This document shows positions 39,901 through 52,100 of a DNA stretch of 64,000 nucleotides, in pieces (the first letter of the stretch is position 1; every line of letters starts with the position of its first letter). The position numbers were made by a program, and so were the translations under genes. Where the stretch lies: positions 88,879-152,878 of the IMG/VR virus record IMGVR_UViG_3300001199_000005; one strand, given 5' to 3'. The stretch is from a virus. The notes beneath the pieces were generated by a model that ran no database searches, was not told the DNA's origin, and was given only the letters and a program-made list of their open reading frames with translations.

Positions 39901-40186
39901 ACTTTCAACATTTAAAACCAAAATTGGTAAGCTTAGTACGGAACAGGAAATGAATGATTTACAAAAAGAAACTGAACCAATCATTACTGGTATGCTAGCA
40001 AATAAAGATATGCAGAAAAAATATCCTAATTTAAAGAATCAAGTTATGCTTGCTACCAATGAGCTGAACAACCTATTAAAGAGTAATGTTCTATCTTTAA
40101 CTCCAGTAGAAACTGGGGTGGCGATAGTCCCTAAAAAAACAAAATTAGCGGATGACGGTAAGAGTACCGAAAATAAACTGTGTTAA
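33914..40186 (+). CDS. Giant ejection protein with Gly-rich membrane segments and a C-terminal SF1 (RecD-like) helicase domain
   Basis: Hydrophobic Gly-rich helices at about aa 340-590; Walker A GMPSAGKTT (38723-38749), Walker B ILTDEF, FIGDHLQ, AYRS, VQGKSF and YMMVSGRK. Confidence 0.7.
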   Translation: MNEDLDFGLLYTNMAQAGLEPSPLNVVGMLNFQKEKDKNNALKIVFDEESKENVRKKHGEEYLKTVQESYNNYIANADALKHKQVFATYGYLDNRISKHFRPESNIPYKTNDVPIYMSWNGTTNPIYIEHPEKIASLHNTQYIKGNSLVDFGTRTINDVASTALNHNEGLAALATYEDRSLIDDEIGNTLKKAIKQKEVDKNTIYTDKDDKFIWKIYPVGSTEAIKGQIRGIWGDRTIQQDNVLSEMGQSLWDLALNFADAGMLTAKALHTVTKFPDILTGGYSDFIASMTQTKPKNIIDGTFNAYFNYSQALKSASSKEDEGDWATPTNITKMVVDGTGQIAATILTGGLAGGGTKFVQGTRWFGTKALPKFGTDTLGKQASKHFSTEFAGKTLAELNARRAGYGLNMALASSTGYKEARSQGMNEASSLGLAALYGAALFATERFTGSQWIQKIGNKNFREQTAKYVINAVKNEADVLGISLKQAEARFANNTNGKFMGLVTGLASTIYKTSKWMGRRPESWMVAITKPGVAESIQDGSEGALNYWSKHLINQVQDDAKFHLGDITDSVFPGMVGGGLVGNIAGGFRYGYSRRDIKESLEKLPDDIRKKELINLIVFDNTEHERFNTMIDVVRELGQEGAFGYEHFDSTLSSSASKETESHNKFVEEMLIQEIYHIKGIYEISKSKFPQFSKQELVKTVSNMLGKETSSKIANLIGSDGLSTSIEANANYLFGEAMMAAVKKDSLVKEMVTENLLKAAPSMMIDVDDIVAFNGKFYGVKKNDVVVNLKDEERLRLEQAFNNSYQNYQKLVDSNSHAITAYTDKLVLRNEVKKKLDLLQGDSKLRKELIAELNNINKDIDTNRDELIQIFGSESILNKAIDYNTATKLESELKDVENGRVRFYDNLTKLLLFKNDNKDLNIPTNPFVVSSYRRDKQLELEVHNKLIEELNQKNLDLTKEKKLEFEKLLKGDLNLSTIKQFFDTFSLLKLNQSINKELEAEFTSLFEALKMKLEASKQIIPDADYNNKSILESALKLTETFNTERKKLNKNRKKSTKEFQYERMLLLDSVYIQLEELLKKQILQNSDFSTLTLLFDDDTSRMVDLLNKFQTYRNNKNLDGINKDEFEALKEFYNSLEYKLSDFFTQLTVDYGNGPELDIIFIKYLIDKLPVSTYNRSIDKTIANLNQKDDKGNLLPSFVLYSEYEQQKPNVSLGLALYNINEDGLYTTSLFNEVTKLIDSTFNEIINADGTTTLVPKENVDKLDEADILLHKINTKLAMAHALAIDSRYQKDIVANDSQYTPFSPSKETDISGVIINLTKLKLYLEGKMTAMAGERTKRETHDIRVGARFIQSRTKFILELQEILGENKERDILIEELISSDKLNVADLIADPRYDKGGPTFSDRIYKALAIVLKLETLLADELKTKTSNSADFDTFFGSDNFKGYFSFNLNKNIGLTAGVDDSYLYMQDSVTSKGLAGPTDPRTNEERFNFYLHLLRGGNRNLPNHFLDIVNKINKTNAKSLNDLNSPITSIEQFLVVRQGMSFLTMDATELRNTEALKTKFYTNTDITSNFKVGAHQTLNNLEEFAPAGHLGIVPQSLYIPGMPSAGKTTFIVTYLTTFFTEYYKGKKIAIFTQGENEDILSTLHETLQNNGLDFTFIKSTDNISLDSFDNILILTDEFTLVNEVADYIFKVSEDNRDDASFVNSLQKNVDKVRRVFIGDHLQKTNVDSVSNTDNLNVQLLNTYPFLNFIQERTAPLNMAYRSGDISHYNFVNQIRTTTVEAQKAQIVSKQMKSIAKNLIDGLLVNTQYVEKDGLIEEGVKFTNKADIIKLAEIRARNLKPDETMVVVSDYDKDIPTSLQSYVKSSEQVQGKSFTHVFSLISISDSLVQMSAGDFYPVLELLATKDIIHESSIVGTLIEFMKTYMMVSGRKTKSLVMLGINDNFVSNAVPAIANFTQIKTKEGVLNDKQKKHNSKMQSVLNNLNDSTVPELENILSTFKTKIGKLSTEQEMNDLQKETEPIITGMLANKDMQKKYPNLKNQVMLATNELNNLLKSNVLSLTPVETGVAIVPKKTKLADDGKSTENKLC

Positions 40187-40199
40187 TAATACTTAAAAT

Positions 40200-43100
40200 A
40201 TGACAAAAAATAGCTTACTAAAATACAAAGCCCTTGAAGAAAAGTTTTTAACTCCTTGTGAGATTAACTATAGCTATAAAGACGACATAGAGATTATGAA
40301 GGCTTATAGGGAAAAAATTGCTAACGCTCATAAAAAAGCCGAATTAACTGAACATAAGCTAGTTAGGGATATGGTGGCATCATATTTATTAAATTATGTA
40401 AAAGATATGGTTAATTTTTTCTATACTTATGAAACAAGTAAATATATTGAATTAAGAAAATTTCTTGAAACAAGTTTTGGACAAATTACTGGAAAAGAAA
40501 CTCTTGTTGATAAGTTTAGAAGTGATATTATTACAGCTGTTTATTATGGTTTATATATACCAATAACTTATGATGTAGTACATAGAGCAGAAGATGGTAT
40601 TGAAATATCTGTTTTTACTAGCGATGAGGAGTTATATTTAAAACATTTATTTAATAATTTCTCAAGATATATAAAAGATAATGATGGTAGTGATTTATAC
40701 CGTCTTCTACTACTAAAAGAAGATGAGTTCACTATGGACAAGATTTATGAACTATTCGACATAACTCCTTATAATGAAAAACAAGAATATTCTTTCCAAG
40801 CTGTATCAGTACATTTAGTACCTGTTGATGAAGTGCCTACTTATAAACATAAAGTAGCAGACTCTTTTGATGAAGCAACTTCATCTGTTTTAAATACTAT
40901 TGCCAAAAAACTGATGAAAGAGGGGTTGAGCGAAGCAATAAAATTTATTCCTTGGGATGCAACAGTTACAATTAAACATAAATATCTTAATTTTATTTAT
41001 GGGTTAGCACAAAATATTAGAAAAGCTAGACAAATAAGATTTAATAAGGTTGGAAAATACACAAATATCTTTGGTAACTATTTACCACCAGAACTTAGGA
41101 ATGTAGAGTTCGCTTCAGATGAATATCAAGACTACAATAGTAGGAAAAATAGTGTTTATACTGCATTGTGGAGAAAACAACACTTACCTGGAAAATTTGC
41201 TTTTGAAATTATAGAGGACAGTACTCTGTCTTATGATGCTTATGTGCCTGGGCGTGGCTATCTGCATTACAGCCCGCTTGTCCTTACTTATACAGACGGT
41301 AACGAAAAACTAACACTTGCAAACTTCTTACCAATATATGAAGAAGCATTAAGATATTACCCAGACACTGAACGAGCAGAATATAGACAGAATTTTATAG
41401 ATTTATATAACGCTGTACGTGATTATCCTCAAAACTATATAATGTCTGAAGATGAGTTTCGTAAAAGGTATATGGATACTATATTCTTACCAAGACTTAG
41501 TTCATACTCAAGTCCATTTTTCATTACTGATTATGAACGATATAATACAAATTTTTTAATAGATACAGAAGACACTAATACAGGTGGTATGACTTGGACA
41601 CCAACTCTTACTGAATTTAGGAAAAGTTTTGGTAAAAGTTATGGCATTTCACAAGTGTATGTAGATACTAACCCAGAATCATCAGTGTCTGGTAATGAAT
41701 TTATACTATACTCCCCTTTCTTTACCTCTGCCCAAATAGATGAAATGATGACAGTTCCAGGGAAATTGGAATCTATTACGGACAATAAGGTGTCACTAGT
41801 GATAGAAGGTGTGCGCTCTGATAAATTTGAAAAAATACCAGGGTATGAACCACCAGTCGACACATTCTATCGTAGAATGTCTTCTTATGGCATAGGAATA
41901 ATATTTTTAAATAGAAGTACTGAACTTAGCAAGATTCAGCTCACCGACTATTTTGAAGTTACTAAAGGAATTACTAGTATTTTTGCTTCTGATGATGCTG
42001 AAGCAACTGACCACGGATTACGAAAAAGGACATTATTCAATCATGCACAATCAGCTTATATAGTACATAACCTATTAGAAACCTTTGTAAAATACGACCC
42101 ATCTAACTTATCATTTTTTAATAAGAAGGTATATGAATTTAAAAAGGATAATATCTATTTACCAACATTACTTAGCTTAGAACCTGGGTATACTGCTAAT
42201 GCAATAACTATAGATGGAAAAAATAAAATTATAGCAGCAGCCAAAGAAATGTACGGAGCTGGGAATTATATTTTAGCTGAACGAGAAACAGCAAATGCAG
42301 GTATCTTTAACCAGATTATACCTTATTTATATGTAAAACTATTTCAAAAAGACGCCCCTGGTTATGAAATTCAATTAAAGCGGCCAAATTTATCTTACTC
42401 TACAGCAGGACTTGTTAGTCTAAAAGATAAAAGCTTTTTAAGAAGAGTGTCTGATAAACATGTTTTAAATGTTATAAATAACAGACTTAATACTGAACCA
42501 AATTTAACTATATTTATAGGTAGGACAAATACAGAGGATGGTGTTAGTAAAGAATGGGTTACTATGGACGTACCATCCGATACTGAACTGGTTGTTTATT
42601 CCAAATACACTACTGGTTTTAAAGACCATATTAGGAAAGAACTAGAAAAATTTAACACTTTATATCAATACTCATCTCTTGAATATGCTAAAGAGATTGC
42701 TCATAGGTTGTATGGTTATCTAGGTTCTGTAGATTATAAAGAAAAAAATGAGATTGTTCGTTTAAATAATAAACTTAATCATGCAAAACTATTTAAAGAC
42801 GAAGATGGTAAAACACTTAAAGTGTTAAGTGCTGGTGTGCTAGAAGCTTCTTTTAATAAATTTTATCAGTTCTTCGCAACTGATGGTGGTATTTTTTCAA
42901 GACAGATTCTTGAAATGTTCCATTATTTAGGTAAAATATATCAAATTGATTCAAGAATAGTAGAGCCTTGGGCTTTAAGTAAGGTAAAGGTTACTCCAAA
43001 CATAGTTGCAATTTCTCAAAAAGTCCAATCAACAATATTCGGTGATAATATAAAAATCGCAGATAAAACATATCTTGATATAGAGAATAAATTAACTGTA

Positions 43101-46100
43101 TTACATCTACCTATGTCACCACAAATTGGTATTGGTTTTAATAAGGCAGCAGACGTTAAAATAGAGGAAGAAAATGATATTTCAGACATATTAAATGATG
43201 AATCTCTTTGGAAACAAGTACCTATAATTGATATAGTCGGTCTAGATGATTCGGTTGAAGAAGTAGAAAATGTAGTTAAAGATATTCTCGGAACTCTTCC
43301 TGAAGGCTTCACCTTTAGTGAATCTATAAAAGATAGATATACCGGCTTTAACACATTCGGCAGAGTAGCTAAAGGTATTTTCGAACTTGCATCTGTAGAT
43401 GGCAAATCTTCCATAAAAATAGCTAGACATGAAGCTATGCACAAAATAGTGATGGAAATACTAGATGAAAGGTCATATCAAAAATTGATGAATGATTTAA
43501 AAGCGCATTACCTGACAAAATTTAATAAACATGGTAGTTTTACACAACTAAACGAAATGCTTGCTGAATATTTTGAAGATTATACCAGTCCAAGAATATT
43601 TAAGAGTGTGCCTGACTCATTAAAGTCATTTGTACAGTATTTATATGAATTATTTTTAAGAGTTAAATCGTTTTTCAATAATGAAGCTGGTTTAACACTT
43701 ATTATGGAAAGAGCTAATAGAGGCTTCTTTGCCAATCAAGATATGTCCTTCAATAGATACCAAGAAGACTTATTTAAGCATAGTGAACTTAATATTCAAG
43801 ATGATATATTGAGCAGATTAGGGTTGCCTGATTTGGATATATTGCAGCCAAGCTATAAAATAGCTTTGGTTACTAATACAATACAAAATCTAAGAACAAC
43901 TGCCTATGAATTGGTGTATGGTGCAGAATTGGGTAAAAGCATAAACTGGAATGAAGCTTTTAATGTTATTATAGAGCAGGCTAGAGAAGAAATAAATTCT
44001 GAACTCGGTAAATCTATTTCGGATTATTTATTGTCAAATGTAAAGATAAATTTAACTACAGCAGAACAAACAAATTTAGTAAACGATACTAAATTGTTTT
44101 CTAAATATTTGCTGGCTAGGGCTGGAGAAGTTTTAAAAAGAATAGCTATTCCATATTATGATTTTGATAGAAAGTCCACCAAAGAAGTATTAACTGATAC
44201 AGAAGACTTATCTGAAGAGGATATAGAAACCATCGAAGAAAATATTGATGAAACTTTATTACTAGGAGAATCACCAAGATTAGTAAGTTATAATAGGGAT
44301 AAAATAAGCTTCAAGGGGACACTTACTAAGAAGTATAAAGACCATATTACGACAACAACTTATATTAATCATCTTGGAATGACTGTTAATGTTAGTCTTG
44401 AGGCTGGTTTAGAAATAATGTCGGAACTATTATCTATGTCTAACAAAGTATCTAAATACGTTAATAATAAGGATACTAAACTAACTAATGATACATTCAT
44501 TAAAGCCTTTGAAGCACTAATAATCAAACATGCTGAAAGATATAGGACAAAAAGTAATCAAGAGGTTAGTTTAAAAGATGCTATACTGATATTAAAATCG
44601 AAGTCTTCAAATAAAGATAAACAATTACTTAGTTTATATACAAAGTTTGCGGATATTACTAATAAAAAGTCATGGGCTTACGCCTTTACCAAAGAAGCTT
44701 CAGCACTTACTACTAGTGCCGAAGTAGCAGATAGAATTAAAAAACAAGATGCTTTGACAGCAATTGTAAACCAATTAAGTTCTATGGATAATAAGGTTTA
44801 TAATGTACAAAGAGTTGTAGAAAAATCACAAACAAGTAAAAATACTAGTAGAGAAACTAATATAAATAATTATAGGATTTCTAGGGCAACGGTAATAAAA
44901 AGATTCTTCTCTGTTATTAAGCTTCCCGATGAAACACAAAAAGTAGTACCTAATCCAAAAATTACCGAACTACATGATAATGAGTTTTCTAAACTTACCA
45001 TCGGACCTAACAATTCATCGCTAAATCTATCATTCACAGCGCCTTCTTTTTTTGGTATTTCATTCGCTAACCATGTAGAACCGTTAAAGTTAGTAAGTAA
45101 CCTTATTAGTCTAAAAATGGTTATTTCTTATGAAGCTGATTTGAAAGAAGATGCTCGTTCAATGGTACCTTCAGTATTTGTATTTGCTAAAGGGGTAGAT
45201 TCAAACGGTAAAGAGGTGTCGGAAAGATTAGTGTTTAAAGAAACTATAAACACTAAAGCAGATACAAGCATAAGATTAACTAAAAGCCATAGTTTATTTG
45301 TACCAATAACTACTTATATATTAAATAACTTTTTAGGTCTTTCATTGACCAACAATACTGTCAATAGATATTTAATGACTAATGCTGAATCGACATTAAT
45401 GGGCCCTATAAATGCTTCAATATTTCTAGCAGCTTATTATCAGCAATCAAAGGATAAAGATGTTTCTAAATTTAGAAACTTTCCTATGGTTAAAGCTATC
45501 GCAGAGGCTAATTTAGATATTACTTCTGAATTTTATCCTGGAATAGATAATCTTATTTCAGAAGAATTACCAAGCCCAAGTGGACGTTCTTTTGGTACAT
45601 TCTATGATACTATAACATCAATGGAGTTTGATAAATCAACTGCAAAGAGGAATTCTGTTCTACGAGCTTATGACGGTAGTAAACACCCTAGCGCAGGGCT
45701 ACACACCAACTTCAGTAAAAACATCAATGCAGGAGAAAACTTCATTCAAAAAATTGATGAAGCTTCTAGTGAAGCTGGAGTTAGTTTAACAGAAGTTACT
45801 GCCGATGAACTGCAAGATGAAATTAAGTTAAGCTCTGAAGAATTAGCAGAACTAACTAAAACAAAAAAAATAGCTTCGAGAAAAGATAATATATATAATA
45901 TTGCACACACAGAAAGACCTTTTGAATTTAATCCTTTCTTTAGAAGTCCTTTTTATCTTGATAAGCTAGATATTCATAATAAAGTATCTATTAAATTTAT
46001 TGAAAACCCTATTACTAGAGCATCAAGGTCAGTACACGAAATGACCAAACAAGATAAATATTATAACTTCCTAAGAACTTTCTTTGAATCTAGTCAAGGT

Positions 46101-49100
46101 GCTATATCACAATTACATGAAAATTATACTCATATAGTTGAAGTTCAAGCAGATAGGGAAGAGTTTTACGGAGTCAGTATTAATAAGAAATACTTACGGG
46201 CTAGTGGAAAAGGTTTGATTAATGAAAACTTAGAAGCTACACAAATGATTAGTCAGATTTTTCATCAATCTAGTTTTGAAGGCTATTATGTAGTACAAGA
46301 ACTATTAAAAGCCCTTAATTCATTAGAATTAATTAAGAAAGAAGGAGCTAAAAAACGGACTCAAGGGGAAATAAAAATAGATAACTTTAATAAAGCCTTT
46401 GAACAAATTCAAAGAAAGTTCAAAATATTAGAAAATCTAGATAAACAACTATACTCAAGAAATACTAATGTAGCAAAAAATAACAGAGAGCTCAGAAGAA
46501 ATAATCTTAGATTAATGATTCAAAGACTGTTTAATAACATAGATTCAGAATTAGATGGCCTACTCAAAGCTTCAACAAATTCTAGAGATGTACTCAATAG
46601 AGTAGAAACACCAAGAATTATTACTAACGTATCTGTAACTAAGAACGGTATAACAACAAAAAGATTAGGTGTAAGCCCTCTGCTCAAGTACGATTTAAAC
46701 TTGACAGAAGAAGAATTTAACAATAGCATTAATGATAAAATTTTGCGATTTGTTGTAGATATGCATAATACAATGGGTTTTATACCATTATATGATAAAA
46801 GAGTGTCTGTATTAGCAAATTACCCTAGTGCCGAATTTACCACTAAGTTTAGTAAAAGTGTCAAAGAGCCATTTAAAAAAGCTGTGGTAGAGCAGACATT
46901 TTTCTCAGATGATATTCTAACAAAGGCAAAAGAAGATATAGAAAATTACCTTAATGTTCTCACTAATGAAGAAAAAGCTAAACTTGTTAAGGAAGAAATA
47001 CATCCAGCAATATATGATATGTATATCACTTATCTAATTAATGATAATGCTTTAAATTTCTTACAAATAGGTTCAAAATACGGTTATAAACAACAAAGTA
47101 GTTATACAGAAGTTGATGTACAAGTAGGTAATGAGTTAGTAACCAAAATAATGCCAATAAGTGAGCATGAAACAATGGTAGATTTAACCAAACGTTTAAA
47201 TGGTAACACTTCTCCATTTATCTCTGGTCAGCATTTTGCAGTACATAGATATAAAGTTAGAGGTGTTGAAGTTGTTGAGGTAGTAAATGATAGGGCAATT
47301 GAGGATGAAAATAAAACTGTTATAATCACAGACCCGTTGTTCGATTTTGAAAAGGAAGCTTTGGACACTTTACCATTCTTAATAGAAGCGCATTTAGATG
47401 ATTACTTAGAAATTGTGAACAAGAATCCAGATATGGGTGTTCTAGCACAATATCTTGTATCGGGGTTTGCTAATAACTGGGAAACTATACCTGCTGATAT
47501 AAAAGCTAGACTAATACTAATAGCTCAAGAACTTCATAAAATCAAACCTTGGGATGGTATGGTTTTTAAAACATTTCTAGGAGCCAATTTAGGTAGAAAT
47601 AGTTATGGGGCTCAAGAAGGTATTAATCAAGGACCGTTCGAAAAAAATTCATATTATGACCAAAACCGTAAAAAGAACACTGTTTTTTATCTAAAAGCAT
47701 TGACACAAATTTTAGGTGTACAACAGTTCTTGAATGGTTCTGAAACACTGAGAAACTGGTATAAGCTATCAATAGGTGCAGGTAAATTAACTGATATTGT
47801 AGACTATGACTGGAATTTAACTACGCTAAGCCAAACTAAAGTAGCCCCAAGAAATAAAACAATGTTTGATGTCTTTATGTTAAGGCTTACTGAAGCATTA
47901 AATAATAACCCAGACATAGCAGTAGATGACTTGAAGAAAATAGAAGATTACGTTACTGAAGTTTATATTGATATAAGAAGGAAAACTGTTGCTATACTAG
48001 CAAACAATGGAACTATACCGCTTGATTTAAATGGATATTTACTGCCAGATGAAAAAAGTCCTTATGGTTATTCACAACCTATACATACAATAGACCCATT
48101 AAGTAGTGTTAAACTAGGTAATATAATAAGAAATGATTATGACCAACTCGCTGACCCAACAAAACATGATAGTTTAAATACTTTTGTGTATAAGATGAGT
48201 AGTGGGGGTTATATATTAGATTTAACAAAAGATTTATCAGAACATGAAACAGATATTGCTCTTTCCACCCAATTATTACAGGTGGTAGGTTTGATGGATG
48301 AATCCAATGTCTTTGATACACTAGAAGTTTATGAGCTTATCGCTGAAATTGCTAGAACTACAAGAGAAAAGGTAATTAAAGATATAGATGATTATGCTGT
48401 TGAACACGGTTTGAATGAAAAAGAAGGGTTACGCTCTTTCCTTAAAGCCACTTTAAGCGAGAGCTTGGAGCATAGAGGGGAACTAACACAAAGTTATGCA
48501 ACTGCTTCAGACAAAAACTCTTCAGCAAGTTTACCTTTATTATCTAGGGATTTATTGAATAATCTAACAACTGCAATAAATTCAGGCATCCGTCTTAGAG
48601 TAAAAGGATTTAAAGGTATTCAATTATCTGGACACAATTTAATACCAGTGTACGAAGATGCTAACGGTCTGATATACACCGGACTAGATTTGATAAGAGC
48701 ACAAAAAAGACTAGAGAAAGTTGGAAAAAGTTTTGATTTTGGCGTTGTTAAAGCACGAAATCTTAAATACTCTTATATTAAAGATGGAGTTAAAGTGCCT
48801 ACTGAAGTATTAACACCAAGACCATATTTAGTCTCAGGGCATTATAAATTAAATAAGGAATCTTTTAGAGATATTTATACTATTAATGTTAATATTAATG
48901 GTCAATTGTCTGGATTTGAATATGCAAAATTTTCAGAAGAACATATGATGGTGTTCTTGACTACTTTTGCGGAAAGTATAAACTGGGAAAAATCTCCAAT
49001 ACTAAAAGCATTAATACAAGTAGAAGTTGAAAACTTAAAACAGCATACTCAAGAAGAACTTTCTAATCAATTGCATAAAGCTAAGAAAAAATTAGATAAT

Positions 49101-52100
49101 GCTATTAAGGATAATGATAATAATAAAGTCAATAGACTTATTAGAGAAATTGATAATTTAGAAAGAGCTTTGCTTGGCAAATTTTCAGATATAGGAATGC
49201 TAGCAACAGCTTTATATACGGGTGCAGCAGATAATAGTACAATGACTCCTGAATTAGAAGATGCAATATTAGAAGTAATGTCTGATTTAGCAAAAGCTTC
49301 AAAGGGTATATTCTCTCGTATTCCTGGTACAGGTAAGAACTCATCGGAAATATTCCAGATAGTCGGATATATTGACAGTAATGCCAACGGAGTTTATGTT
49401 CCCGCATTATGGTTAGGTATATCAGGCTCAGATAGCGATGGTGACTCGTTACAGATGTGGCAGTATGATGTTAATAAAGATGTCAATAACTTAGAGAATA
49501 GTGTATTTAACTTTGTTTATAAAATTCTAAGTAAGGGAGTAAATGCAATAGAATTTTATTCATCTATTTCAACTGAGTCTACTGAAAAACGGGCTAAACT
49601 TGAAGCTAGTAAAATTAGTAATAACTTTTTCAAAACTTCTACTTTGTTCTTATCGGATATTTTCAGTAGAGTTTCTGCCTCAATAAACAACGGTACTGGT
49701 ACTTTAACTACTGGTGCAGTAGCTCTCCAATTAGCGGCTTTTAGTAGTGCCTATCAAACTCGTGTTTTAATTGAGAAGCATATAAAAGAGTTGGATTCTC
49801 TTAGTAATCCTTCAAAAGAAGATATTGAATTATCTTCACAATTAACTAGCATTCTACATTCAACCTTAACTTTACTTAGAAATGAAGAAACTGGAAATAT
49901 AGCTCCTAAATATGATAGAGTAGGAAAACCTAACCATAAATGGATAGAAACTTTCCTAAACTCTTCTATTGATAATCCAAAAATCTTGGCGCTTGGGGCA
50001 TTAGGCATCAATATCGAAAACGTAGATATTGAAGCTATCATGTCTTTCAACGGTATTTCAGAGAACGATATTATGGATTTCTTCACAAATCCACTTGTTA
50101 AAGAAATATTCAGTAAATACTCAAAAAAATCAGGAATAGAAAAAAGAAGTAACTTCGGTTTAATGGCTTATTTAAGAAGAGATTCCTTAATTAATGCTGG
50201 ATTTGGCGCAAGTAAAGTTATTAACGGTATGAATATATCTACTAACGCTGAATTAGATACAGAAGCCACTGAATATTATAGTGCAATAATATCAAAACTT
50301 AGAGAATCTAATATCGACCCAGGTACATACTTAGAAAGTGATGTCCCTAAACAAGATAAATTAAAGTTAATTAGCGCTATTATTTTAACAATGGTAAAAC
50401 AAAGAGCTAACTACAGGTCAATATTAAATGTAAGAAAGTCTACTTATGGTATTACTGGAGACATTACTATGCAGCCTTTTCAACTAAACACAATAATGAT
50501 GGGTTACGGCTTTAGTGATAAAGCAAAACTTTATGATGTGCTAACTCAAGTTTCTGAAGTACATAGATTTAATACTAAATTAAGAAGATTAAAAAATCTT
50601 AGTATAAATAAAAAAGAAGATTATAAAAAATCATTTAGCCGTTTTAATGAAGAGCTACAACAAATAGCCAATCAATATATAAACGATTTAATAAGCAAAA
50701 GAGATGTGGAAGTCCCAATTGTTAGTCCGTTGTCTATCAGCTCTATATCCGATATTTTATTACAAAACGATAAGGGATTTGATGGGTTTTTAGTTGCTAT
50801 ACATAGCCCACATTTAATTGAAACAGCATTGACACATTTAATATTTGATAATTATCGCGATGCTATATTACTTTATTCTTCACCAATTCTAGCTATTAAA
50901 GATTTCTTGTTGCATAAGGTATTCTCTAAGTACGGTGACAAAATATTTAAATATAAAAATGTTGATTCTATATTAGAAGCATTTTTAGCTTCCGAATATT
51001 TGAACAAAGGAGGAATTGATGATAGTCCTATAACTATAAATTTACTTGGTAAGTCTTATAATTTAAGTAAAGCAGCAGATGTAGATAGTTTTAAAAAACA
51101 ATTACTTATTGAACTGGTTAAGATAAGAAATCTAAAAAATACTAATCTTGCTTTCTTAGAGCATTTGATTGTAGCTGATAACATAAAATTCTTGAATGTT
51201 TCAGAAATAGATGTTGATATGTTTATAATGCAAGAGTTCAATAACTTGGCCAATTTTAGAATATCATCAAAAGACTCTCATAATCTAGCTGAATTATTGT
51301 TTTATTATACTCTACTAGAGTACGGACCAACATTTAAGGAGGGTAGCTTTATTAAATTTATAGGTCCTAGATTTACACAAGAGTTTTCAGCCTTTATCAC
51401 TAAACTAAATAATCTTACAGATGATGGTAATTTACCATTTACTTTAGAACGTATTGAGCAACTAATGGACAAGTTGGCTTATACACAAGCTAGTTACTTA
51501 TCTACAATTAATAAAAAGCTAACCGAAAAAATACCTATAACCTCTGAACTTTCTGAAAGGAAAAGCAGGTCTATGTATTCTGATATGTTTGGTGGCGTAA
51601 CTGAATACTTTGATACTTATACTGTAAGTAGAGTTGTAACAAGCGGCAAAGGAAAATCAGAAAAAAAGAAACCTGTTATCCTACATGAGTTTGAACCTGT
51701 AAATAAGTTTAGTGTTATTATAACCCGTATTAGAAATAAACTAAAAGACGATGAACTTACTATTAAGAGAATTAAGCAAAATAATAGAGCAATTGATAAA
51801 TTAATTAGAGAGGAAGGTCTGGAAAGGGTTATAGAGTCTAGTATAAAAGAATTGGAGAAATTAACCACTAAAAAGGAAAAATTAGCAGCTTCTAAGGCGA
51901 AGGAGGCAACAATAATCAGAAAAACCAGAGAATATGATATTAAAGAAACAACATTAAAAAATGCTTATGAAAACGCTAATAAAAGATTATTAGATTTAAG
52001 TACACGTAAAGAGTTCATAGATATTAGTAATTATGATAAAGCTAAGATTACCCTAAGAAGTATTAGTACTAAAGTAATGTCTGGAACATACACTAATGAA

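Noticed and set aside
40184-40200. Read-through or frameshift fusion of the giant genes (also the A-run at 52891-52898)
   Set aside because: Adjacent genes are in different frames with stops preceding or inside the A-runs, and each has its own ATG in a normal A-rich context.
51678-51698. ILHEFEP in the vRNAP as a further zincin motif
   Set aside because: It has no second His and no surrounding zincin-like context.
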